Assembly (NCBI GenBank): GCA_038207335.1
Contig: JBBQZX010000042.1
Span: forward strand, 1-22,020
Direction: 5' to 3'
DNA: 22,020 nt
Source: Chthoniobacterales bacterium
Lineage (GTDB): Bacteria > Verrucomicrobiota > Verrucomicrobiia > Chthoniobacterales > Chthoniobacteraceae
Positions 8,779-16,375 of this stretch are shown one piece after another. A model generated the notes under the pieces. The model was not told the origin of the DNA. It searched no databases and saw nothing but the letters and a program-made list of their open reading frames with translations. Each line of letters begins with the position of its first letter. Position 1 is the first letter of the stretch. A program made the position numbers and the translations under genes.

Positions 8779-9702
8779 ATGCCGCGCATTTCTTACGAGC
8801 CAGAAGGATACGAAGTCGAGGTCACCAGCGGCGCGACGATCCTCGAAGTTTCGCTCGCCGCCGGGATTCCACTTTCAAACGAGTGCGGGGGAAATGCGCG
8901 CTGCTCCACCTGCCGCGTGCGCATCGTCGAGGGCTTGGAGTTCTGCTCTCCCCGCAGCCCGATCGAAGCAGCACTCGCCGGCCAAATCGGGCTCGATCCC
9001 GAAGTGCGTCTCGCCTGTCAGACGACCTTCAACGGAGACGTGCAAGTCCGGCGACTGGTGCTCGATTGGGAACAGGAAACCCTTTCCAACGCCGCGCTGC
9101 CCGAGACCGATCCGTGCCCGACGTGTGGCGAGAAGACCCTCGCGATCCTCTTTTCAGACATCCGCGGATTCACCCACTTTTCGGAAAACCTTCCGCCCTA
9201 CGATGTGGTTCATATTTTGAACCGCTACTTTCACCACATGGGCGGCGTCATCACGCGTCACGGCGGCTTCATCGCGAACTACATGGGCGACGGACTCCTC
9301 GCGCTTTTCGGCCTCGATGACGTTCCATTTCCCGCGCTGCGTGCGGCGCAGTGCGGCTTGGAAATGCTCAGCATCGTCGAGCGCCTGCGCCCATATTTTG
9401 AGGCCCATCACGGCCAGTCCTTCGACATCGGAATCGGCGCGCACTTCGGCGAAGTGGTCGTCGGCAATGTCGGTTTCGATCATCAAAAAAAACTCACCGT
9501 GATTGGCGACGCCGTGAACTTCGCCAGCCGCATCGAGTCAAAGAACAAGGAGCTCAACACCCACTTCCTCATCTCCGATGATCTCTTCGCCGCGACCGGA
9601 AACGCTCTCCTCGTAAAGACCTCCGAGCCGCTCGAATTCCGCGGCAAAACGGGAGGCTACCATCTGCATGAAGTGGTGGGATTGAATCACGAATTAGTTT
9701 AA
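8779..9702 (+). CDS. 2Fe-2S ferredoxin fused to class III adenylate/guanylate cyclase domain
   Basis: CGGNARCSTC...RLACQ (plant/adrenodoxin-type 2Fe-2S ligands); cyclase motifs ILFSDIRGFT, YMGDG, IGIGAHFGEVVVG, TVIGDAVNFASRIE. Confidence 0.9.
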   Translation: MPRISYEPEGYEVEVTSGATILEVSLAAGIPLSNECGGNARCSTCRVRIVEGLEFCSPRSPIEAALAGQIGLDPEVRLACQTTFNGDVQVRRLVLDWEQETLSNAALPETDPCPTCGEKTLAILFSDIRGFTHFSENLPPYDVVHILNRYFHHMGGVITRHGGFIANYMGDGLLALFGLDDVPFPALRAAQCGLEMLSIVERLRPYFEAHHGQSFDIGIGAHFGEVVVGNVGFDHQKKLTVIGDAVNFASRIESKNKELNTHFLISDDLFAATGNALLVKTSEPLEFRGKTGGYHLHEVVGLNHELV

Positions 9703-9766
9703 CCCTTTCGGTGCGACAAACACCGCCAACCGAACTATTGAACATCAGTTCCCCAAATCTCCCACC

Positions 9767-10756
9767 ATGAACCTCCCCTCCTCCGATTGCTGCCATCAGA
9801 CCCGACGCGATTTCTTGAAAACGGCTGCCGGCCTCGCGGCGGCATCCGCCTTTGGCGGCGTGCCCTTGATAGGGCGATCTGCCGCGCCAGCCCTGACGTC
9901 CGAGACTCTCGTCGCCACGCTTTTCAAATCGCTGCGGGACGATCAACGCAAGGCGCTCTGCTTCGACTTCGATCATCCCTTGCGTACGGAGGTCGATAAT
10001 AACTGGCACATCACGGACGAGCATATCTCAACCTTCCTCGACAAGGAGCAGAACCAAATGGTGAAGGAGATTTTTCTCGGTCTGCACTCGCCGGAATACG
10101 CCGAGACAGTGCTCAAACAGGTCGAGCACGACAGCGGAAAAGCCGGCTTCGGCGACTCGTCCATCGCGCTCTTCGGCGAGCCCGGCACCGGCAAGTTCGA
10201 GTTCGTGCTGACCGGGCGGCATTGCACCCGGCGATGCGACGGCGACTCCGTGGAAGGTGCGGCCTTTGGCGGACCGATTTTCTACGGACACGCCGCGGAG
10301 GGTTTCAATGAGAAGCCTGATCATCCGGGCAACGTTTATTGGTATCAGGCAAAGCGCGCGAATGAGGTCTTCCAGATGCTCGATGGCAAACAGCGGGAGG
10401 TCGCGCTTCGCAGCAAAGGCCGTATGGAGCAAGGCCTCGAAACGGTGAAACTCAAAGGCACGTCGGAACCGCTCTCAGGAATCGCCGTCGCCGATCTTTC
10501 GGCCGATCAAAAGGCCGAGGTTTGTAAAGTGATGGGCGACCTGCTCGCACCTTTTCGCAAGCAGGACGCCGACGAAGCGCTGCGTTTTATCGAGACCGCA
10601 GGCTTCGACAAGCTGCACATGGCTTTCTACAAGAATCAGGACATCGGCAACGACGGGGTCTGGGATGTCTGGCAGCTCGAAGGTCCGAATATGGTCTGGT
10701 ATTTCCGCGGCGATCCTCACGTGCACGTGTGGGTGAACGTCCGGGCGAATGCCTGA
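9767..10756 (+). CDS. Tat-exported DUF3500-like protein
   Basis: Twin-arginine signal TRRDFLK plus hydrophobic stretch; IALFGEPG..FEFVLTGRH, GPIFYGH and WYFRGDPHVHVWV resemble DUF3500 proteins of PVC bacteria. Confidence 0.7.
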   Translation: MNLPSSDCCHQTRRDFLKTAAGLAAASAFGGVPLIGRSAAPALTSETLVATLFKSLRDDQRKALCFDFDHPLRTEVDNNWHITDEHISTFLDKEQNQMVKEIFLGLHSPEYAETVLKQVEHDSGKAGFGDSSIALFGEPGTGKFEFVLTGRHCTRRCDGDSVEGAAFGGPIFYGHAAEGFNEKPDHPGNVYWYQAKRANEVFQMLDGKQREVALRSKGRMEQGLETVKLKGTSEPLSGIAVADLSADQKAEVCKVMGDLLAPFRKQDADEALRFIETAGFDKLHMAFYKNQDIGNDGVWDVWQLEGPNMVWYFRGDPHVHVWVNVRANA

Positions 10757-10855
10757 CGACCAGAGCGCCGGAGCTGAAGCGCGGATCCTCACCAGTTAGC
10801 TCCACACGCGAATACCGCTTGATCGGATAGCTCCGCGTTGCCAATCCTCGGTGCA

Positions 10856-12307
10856 ATGCCGGACGCGCCTTCCAACGAGCCGAAATCTACGGGCGACGGC
10901 AAACCGTTACCGCCTGCTCCAATTCGTCCGAAGCGTCGCTGGCTGCGTTTCGTGATCACCGCGTTCGTCGCGCTGCTGATCCTCCTGATCGGTGTGCCGC
11001 GGCTCCTGCATTCGCTGCGGACGGTTTCAACGGACGACGCTTACGTGAATAGCTACGCGACTTTTGTCGCACCGCGGGTGACGGGCCAGGTGGCGCGGGT
11101 CCTCGTCGAAGACAATAATCGCGTCAAAAAAGGAGACGCGCTGGTCGAACTGGACCCGGAGCCTTACCACGTGCAGGTCGCGATCAAGCAGGCAGCGGTG
11201 GCTGCCGCGCAAGCAGACCTCGTCGTCGCAGACGCCGCAGTGCGCGGCCAAATCGGCCAAGTGCGCGGACTGCGCTTCAAGCTCACGCACGCAATTGAGG
11301 ACGTGGACAATCAGGTGGCGCTGGTGCGGGCGCGGGCGGCCACTTGGGAGCAAAGCAAGGCGACTTTGGCGCTGGCCGAAGCGGAGTTTGACCGCTCAAA
11401 GAAGTTGCTCGCCACGAAGGTCGTGAGCGAAGAAGAGTTCGACCAAAAGCGTGAGGCGCTCGATGTCGCGCGCGCACAAGTCACGCAGGCGCTGGAGAGC
11501 GTCTATCAGGCGCGTGTGGCTCTGGGTCTTCCGGGCAAGCCGCCCGGGGGCCAGAACGTCACGGATGTTCCCGCGGACCTCGACCAGACATTTTCTTCGG
11601 TCCGGCAAGCGACCGCGGAGTTGATGCATGGCGCCGCGCAACTCGGCGTCGTTTCTTCCTCCTACGATCTGACCCCGAAGCAGTTGGTGGATGAATTTTA
11701 CAAGCGCGATCCCGGCGGCGACATCGACCGCATTTACGCCGAGATCATCACAAAGGCGCCGGGTTTGAAGCAGGCCGAAGCGGGTCTGCTACAGGCGCAG
11801 CGCGATCTCGATCAGGCGCAACTGAATCTTCGCTACTGCACCATCGTGGCGGAGATCGACGGCGTGATCACGCGCCGCAACGTGAACCCCGGCAACAATG
11901 TGCAAGTCGGCCAGAGCTTGATGATCATTCGCTCGCTGCGCGACATCTGGGTCGATGCGAACTTCAAGGAAACGCAACTCCGCGACTTGCGGATCGGCCA
12001 GCGAGTGGACTTGGAAGTGGACATGTATGGCGGCAAACGGAGCTTCGAGGGGCGCGTTTCAGGCTTCACCATGGGAACCGGATCCACGCTCTCACTGCTG
12101 CCGGCGCAGAATGCGACAGGCAATTTTGTGAAGGTGGTGCAACGACTGCCGGTCCGGATCGATCTGGTGAATTATGACCCTGACAAGATGCCCCTGTTCG
12201 TCGGCCTCTCGGTCGAGCCGATGGTCGATTTGAGGTCCGGGCCGACCGGGCCGAACGCCGGTAAATTTCTCCAGGAGCCGACAGAAGCTTCCGCCACGAA
12301 GCCATGA
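10856..12307 (+). CDS. HlyD/EmrA-family efflux periplasmic adaptor
   Basis: N-terminal TM helix; STDDAYV, VAPRVTGQV, WVDANFKETQL, LLPAQNATGNFVKVVQRLPVRI. Confidence 0.93.
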   Translation: MPDAPSNEPKSTGDGKPLPPAPIRPKRRWLRFVITAFVALLILLIGVPRLLHSLRTVSTDDAYVNSYATFVAPRVTGQVARVLVEDNNRVKKGDALVELDPEPYHVQVAIKQAAVAAAQADLVVADAAVRGQIGQVRGLRFKLTHAIEDVDNQVALVRARAATWEQSKATLALAEAEFDRSKKLLATKVVSEEEFDQKREALDVARAQVTQALESVYQARVALGLPGKPPGGQNVTDVPADLDQTFSSVRQATAELMHGAAQLGVVSSSYDLTPKQLVDEFYKRDPGGDIDRIYAEIITKAPGLKQAEAGLLQAQRDLDQAQLNLRYCTIVAEIDGVITRRNVNPGNNVQVGQSLMIIRSLRDIWVDANFKETQLRDLRIGQRVDLEVDMYGGKRSFEGRVSGFTMGTGSTLSLLPAQNATGNFVKVVQRLPVRIDLVNYDPDKMPLFVGLSVEPMVDLRSGPTGPNAGKFLQEPTEASATKP

Positions 12308-13929
12308 GCGCAGTCGGGTCGGTCGCCGCTCCGGCCCATCCCGCGGCTGCGGTGACGAGGATTTTCAATCCGTGGATCATCGCTCTCGCCGTCGTCGTGC
12401 CGACGTTTATGGAGGTGCTGGATACCACGATCGCCAACGTGGCGCTCCGCTACATGGCCGGCGGTTTGTCGGCTCCAGCGACTGATAGCGAATGGGTCAT
12501 CACCAGCTATCTCGCCGCCAACGCGATCGTCTTACCGATCTCCGGCTGGCTCGCGGTGCGGCTGGGTCGGCGCAATTATTTCCTATGGTCGATCGCGATC
12601 TTCACCCTCGCTTCGGTGCTCTGCGGAATGGCGACCAGCCTTCCCATGCTCATCGCCTCCCGCGTTTTGCAAGGGCTGGCCGGCGGTGGATTGCAGCCTT
12701 CGAGCCAAGGCATTTTGCTCGATGCTTTTCCGAAGGAAAAAGCGGGCACGGCGATGACCATTTTCGGCATCGCCGCGCTGCTCGCACCGGTCGTCGGACC
12801 GACACTCGGCGGTTACATCACCGACAACTACGGTTGGCGCTGGATCTTTTTGTTGAACGCTCCTGTCGGGCTGCTCGCGCTATTTCTCTGCCGGAGGGTA
12901 GTCGTCGATCCGCCCTATCTTGAGGAAGAGCGAGCGACCATGCGCCGGGAGCACCGGCGCTTCGACACTCTCGGTCTCAGTCTTCTCAGCATGACGATGA
13001 TTTGCTGGGAAATCCTGCTCAGCAAAGGCCAGGAGTGGGATTGGTTCGGCGACCCGTTTTTCCGCATCCAAACGCTCGCGCTGATTTTCGTCGGCTGCCT
13101 CGGTGGACTCATTTTTCGCGAGCTGCGAATCAAGAATCCTCTGATCAATTTTCACACGCTGCTCGACCGCAATTTCCGCTCCTGTTGTCTCATCATTTTC
13201 TGCGCGTTCGGAGTTCTTTACGCGAACACTACGAGCCTCCCCGGGCTGCTGCAATCGCTCTTCGGTTACGACGCCACGACCTCGGGAATGGTCCTCTCCC
13301 CCGCGGGCATCGGCGCGGTGATCATCCTCTTCATCGTCGGAATGCTGCTCGGTCGCGGCGTCGATGCGCGGTATCTCATGGCCGTCGGGCTCGTCACGCT
13401 CGGGGTGGGAAATTCCTGGATGTCGCGGATGAATCTCGAGATCACCGCGTGGCAGGTCGTCTGGCCGCGCGTGGTCGTGATCGCCGGCCTTTCGATGATC
13501 TTCGCACCGCTCAACGTCGCCGCTTTCCAGCACATCCCGCGAGAACTGCGCGGTGCCGCCGTGGGCCTGCTAGCGCTGCTGCGCAACGAGGGTGGCAGCG
13601 TCGGAACGTCGGTCGCCAAAACGATCATTGACCGGCGCGAGCAATTCCACACCCTGCGCCTCGGCGAAAATCTCGACGCTCTGAATCCCGCGGCGAACTC
13701 CTACATCGCCCAAGCGCAAATCGACTTCCTCCAGCAGACCGGCGATCCCATCGCCGCCCAGCAGATGGCCTGGCAAAGTCTCGCGAATCTTCGCCACCAG
13801 CAGGCCTCCGCGCTGGCCTACTTCGATAGTTTCCTGATCTCCGCGATCGTCGCCGCCACGCTCGCCTTTCTTGTCCTCACGATGAAACGTTCCGTGGCCG
13901 AAAAAGGCGCCCACATCGCCGCCGAATGA
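12304..13929 (+). CDS. DHA2 (EmrB/QacA) family MFS efflux permease
   Basis: FMEVLDTTIANVAL, WVITSYL, GRRNYF, APVVGPTLGGYITDNYGWRWIF; many TM segments; ATGA overlap with the adaptor gene. Confidence 0.95.
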   Translation: MSAVGSVAAPAHPAAAVTRIFNPWIIALAVVVPTFMEVLDTTIANVALRYMAGGLSAPATDSEWVITSYLAANAIVLPISGWLAVRLGRRNYFLWSIAIFTLASVLCGMATSLPMLIASRVLQGLAGGGLQPSSQGILLDAFPKEKAGTAMTIFGIAALLAPVVGPTLGGYITDNYGWRWIFLLNAPVGLLALFLCRRVVVDPPYLEEERATMRREHRRFDTLGLSLLSMTMICWEILLSKGQEWDWFGDPFFRIQTLALIFVGCLGGLIFRELRIKNPLINFHTLLDRNFRSCCLIIFCAFGVLYANTTSLPGLLQSLFGYDATTSGMVLSPAGIGAVIILFIVGMLLGRGVDARYLMAVGLVTLGVGNSWMSRMNLEITAWQVVWPRVVVIAGLSMIFAPLNVAAFQHIPRELRGAAVGLLALLRNEGGSVGTSVAKTIIDRREQFHTLRLGENLDALNPAANSYIAQAQIDFLQQTGDPIAAQQMAWQSLANLRHQQASALAYFDSFLISAIVAATLAFLVLTMKRSVAEKGAHIAAE

Positions 13930-14111
13930 GCTCACCGTTTCCATTGCCATGAATTCGACTTCTGCTTCATCCAGGGTTGCTGACCGTGCCGAGGGTCGCA
14001 TCACCGGCGATTCCATCGACCTGCGCCCTCAGACTATCTGAATCCATTCGCGCAGGTGAGTCGAACGAACGCCAAGGCCGCCAGCTCATTGCCAATTCCC
14101 TTCCAGTTCAA

Positions 14112-14345
14112 GTGCCGGACGACATCGACGATGATTATCTCGCGCAGATGGAGAGCGAGCAGCGCGCAAAAGGACGGCGGGAAATGGCTCTGGAAGCAGA
14201 TCGGCAAGCGACCGAACCACTACTCGATTGCGAGGCGATGCAGGCCGCGGCGGCGACGATGCTCAAGATCATCGGGCGCGAGGCCGTCGTGCCCACGGAA
14301 GCGGCGGACGCGGAGGCTGCGGTTGACGAGCCCTTCGAGGCATGA
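14112..14345 (+). pseudogene. C-terminal fragment of phage terminase large subunit (GpA-like endonuclease end) with two compensating frameshifts
   Basis: Joining two frames gives VPDDIDDDYLAQMESEQRA/KDGGKWLWKQIGKRPNHY/xDCEAMQAAAATMLKIIGRE. This matches the GpA C-terminal pattern Y..Q..SE....W.....R.NH/E..DC...AAA. One extra base near 14168-14171 and one missing near 14223-14225. Confidence 0.65.
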
Positions 14346-14941
14346 CTCTCGACGAATCCATCCGCGGCGTGCAGACGAAGCTCGGTCTCGAAGCTGACGG
14401 CCGACCCGCGCCGCAAACCTGGAATGCGATCTACCGCCACGTAGTCGGCGAGCCGCCGGTCGTAGTGGGCACGACAAAAACGGGAGACGAGCGCAGCGAA
14501 CGCAACATCGCGACCCTGCTGCCGGAAGCGCAGCCGCTAGCCCGCTCGCTGATCCAAGCCGCCGCCGCGATCGGGATCGCGATCAAGGTTATCTCCGGCA
14601 CCCGCACTTACGACGAGCAAAACGCTCTCTACGAACAAGGTCGATCGAAGGCTGGCAACATCGTCACTAACGCGCGGGGCGGTTACTCCAACCATAACTT
14701 TGGCATCGCCTTTGACATCGGCGTTTTCGAGGGCGCTCGCTACATCGCAGAGTCGCCCGCATACAAGGCCGTCGGCGCGATTGGAATACAACTGGGGATC
14801 GAGTGGGGCGGAAATTGGAAGTCGATCCAAGACGAACCGCACTTTCAACTTCGACCTGCTTGGGCTCGCGGCTTGAGCGAAAAAGAAATGCTCGCGGAAT
14901 TGCGCCGCCGCGTAGGCGAGCGACGGCCGCTTTTGGCATGA
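14342..14941 (+). CDS. M15 family metallopeptidase (L-Ala-D-Glu peptidase, CwlK/Ply500-like) with short N-terminal peptidoglycan-binding-like segment
   Basis: GTRTYDEQNALYEQGR, Zn motif SNHNFGIAFD, WGGNW, DEPHFQ; N-terminal VQTKLGLEADGRPAPQTW. Confidence 0.9.
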   Translation: MTLDESIRGVQTKLGLEADGRPAPQTWNAIYRHVVGEPPVVVGTTKTGDERSERNIATLLPEAQPLARSLIQAAAAIGIAIKVISGTRTYDEQNALYEQGRSKAGNIVTNARGGYSNHNFGIAFDIGVFEGARYIAESPAYKAVGAIGIQLGIEWGGNWKSIQDEPHFQLRPAWARGLSEKEMLAELRRRVGERRPLLA

Positions 14942-15004
14942 TCACGGGCGCACTGATTAGCGGTTGTGGAGGCTGCTGATCTTTGCCGCGTTCAACCTCC
15001 TCGC

Positions 15005-15031
15005 CCCCTTCATCCCCTTCATCCCCTTCTT
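15005..15031. repeat. Short tandem repeat (CCCCTTCAT)2 CCCCTTCTT
   Basis: Three near-identical 9-bp units read directly between the convergent M15 and LysR genes. Confidence 0.7.
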
Positions 15032-15137
15032 CGCGCCACGCTGCTGTATCTCGACAACCGCATCGCCTTCCCCGCGCCCATCCGTCCCAACCGTCGAACG
15101 GGCAAAAGCCGCAAGAGGGAGGGTGGTTTCGCCGCGC

Positions 15138-16028
15138 TTACATGCTGCTCGAGAGATCCTTCACGATCTGGATGTAATCCTGGAGCGGCTTGGAGGGATT
15201 GTCCGCGCGCCAGGCGATGGTCGCTTCGCGGCGCAGCGGCGGGGAGAGCGGGCGGAAGACCACTCCTTCGTGCGGGAGCCCGGTGATTTGCTCGGGCATG
15301 AACGCCACGCCCAGGCCGTCGGCGACGAATTTGATCGCGGTGGGCTCCACGTCCGCTTCTTGCAAAATCTTCGCGGCAAATCCCGCGGCCTGACAAGTGG
15401 CGAGCAACCATTCCCGCGCGCCGGGATGGGTGGTGGGAGACATGCTGATGAAGAACTGCGAGGCGAGGTCGGCGAGCTTGAATTTCGCCTTTTTCGCCAG
15501 CGGATGGCGGTCGGGCAGCGCGACGAGGATCGCGTCGTGTGCCACGCATTCGGAAAGCAAGTGGTGACCGGCAAGCGCGGGGAGCAGCCCGATGAAGCCG
15601 AGGTCGATCTTGAGCCCTTCCAGCGCCTGGAGCTGCTCGGCGCTGGTCATGTCGAAAAGGTTCAGCGCCACGCGCGGGTAGAGTTTGCGAAAGGCGCCGA
15701 GCGTCGCCGGCAGCAGCCCGTAGTGGATGTTCGCGATGTAGCCGAGGTTGAGCTGGGAGTTCTCCCCGTCCTTCATCCGCTGCACGGCGGCGACGCTTTC
15801 GGCGGAAAGCGCGAGGACTTTTTTGGAGTCGACAAGGAACCGGCGACCCTCCGCGGTGAGCGTCACTTTCTTGTTCGCGCGGTCGAGCAGGCGCACGCCG
15901 ATTTCGTCCTCGAGATTGCGCACCTGCCGGGTGAGCGACGGCTGCGCGAGCCGGAGATTTTGCGCCGCCTTCGTGAAGCTCAACGCTTCGGCGACGGCAA
16001 TGAAGTAGCGCAGGTGACGAAGTTCCAT
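15138..16028 (-). CDS. LysR-family transcriptional regulator
   Basis: MELRHLRYFIAVAEALSFTKAAQNLRLAQPSLTRQVRNLEDEIGVRLLDR HTH; substrate-binding domain with VADGLGVAFMP. Confidence 0.96.
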   Translation of the reverse strand: MELRHLRYFIAVAEALSFTKAAQNLRLAQPSLTRQVRNLEDEIGVRLLDRANKKVTLTAEGRRFLVDSKKVLALSAESVAAVQRMKDGENSQLNLGYIANIHYGLLPATLGAFRKLYPRVALNLFDMTSAEQLQALEGLKIDLGFIGLLPALAGHHLLSECVAHDAILVALPDRHPLAKKAKFKLADLASQFFISMSPTTHPGAREWLLATCQAAGFAAKILQEADVEPTAIKFVADGLGVAFMPEQITGLPHEGVVFRPLSPPLRREATIAWRADNPSKPLQDYIQIVKDLSSSM

Positions 16029-16050
16029 TTCGCGAAGCATGGCGAATGTC

Positions 16051-16065
16051 ATAGCCAATGGCTAT
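16051..16065. promoter_or_regulatory. LysR-type T-N11-A palindromic binding site 1
   Basis: ATAGCCA-A-TGGCTAT, a perfect dyad containing T-N11-A, 22 bp upstream of the LysR start codon. Confidence 0.7.
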
Positions 16066-16098
16066 CACCAATCTTCGGTATAAAATCGGCCTTTACGT

Positions 16099-16109
16099 GG
16101 GGGGGGGGG
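16099..16109. repeat. G11 homopolymer in the divergent lysR/kaiC intergenic region
   Basis: 11 consecutive G, just downstream of a -10-like TATAAAAT (16079-16086). Confidence 0.85.
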
Positions 16110-16127
16110 CTGAGTGCGGTCTCGCGC

Positions 16128-16142
16128 ATAGCTTTCGGCTAT
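16128..16142. promoter_or_regulatory. LysR-type T-N11-A palindromic binding site 2
   Basis: ATAGC-TTTCG-GCTAT, the same ATAGC-N5-GCTAT consensus as site 1, offset by 77 bp. Confidence 0.6.
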
Positions 16143-16375
16143 CCTGCGGCGTGCGCCGAAGTATTGGCCGGAGCGGAGGGTTTTTCCGATGATGATGACA
16201 CCTTCACGGGGACTCCCATGCGCCAAAGCTTCCCTCATTCCAAAATGCCACCGGACCACATCCCTCCCCACGCCCGGCCGTATCTCGCTCAAGGGGAGCG
16301 CCACCCCGAAGCTCTCGCCCACCCGGCCGGCGCGGCTCTAAAGCGCTGCTTCCACAGCACGGACGGGGAGACCGC

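Noticed and set aside
6116..9702. Pycsar/CBASS-type anti-phage system (cyclase + cNMP-binding effector)
   Set aside because: The cNMP domain is fused to a reductase rather than a TIR or TM effector, and the cyclase is ferredoxin-fused. No other defence genes are present. Not fully excluded without a phage assay.
14942..15137. 9-bp tandem repeat or small ORF between convergent genes as a functional element
   Set aside because: Only three units, no spacers and no convincing start or homology; not CRISPR-like.
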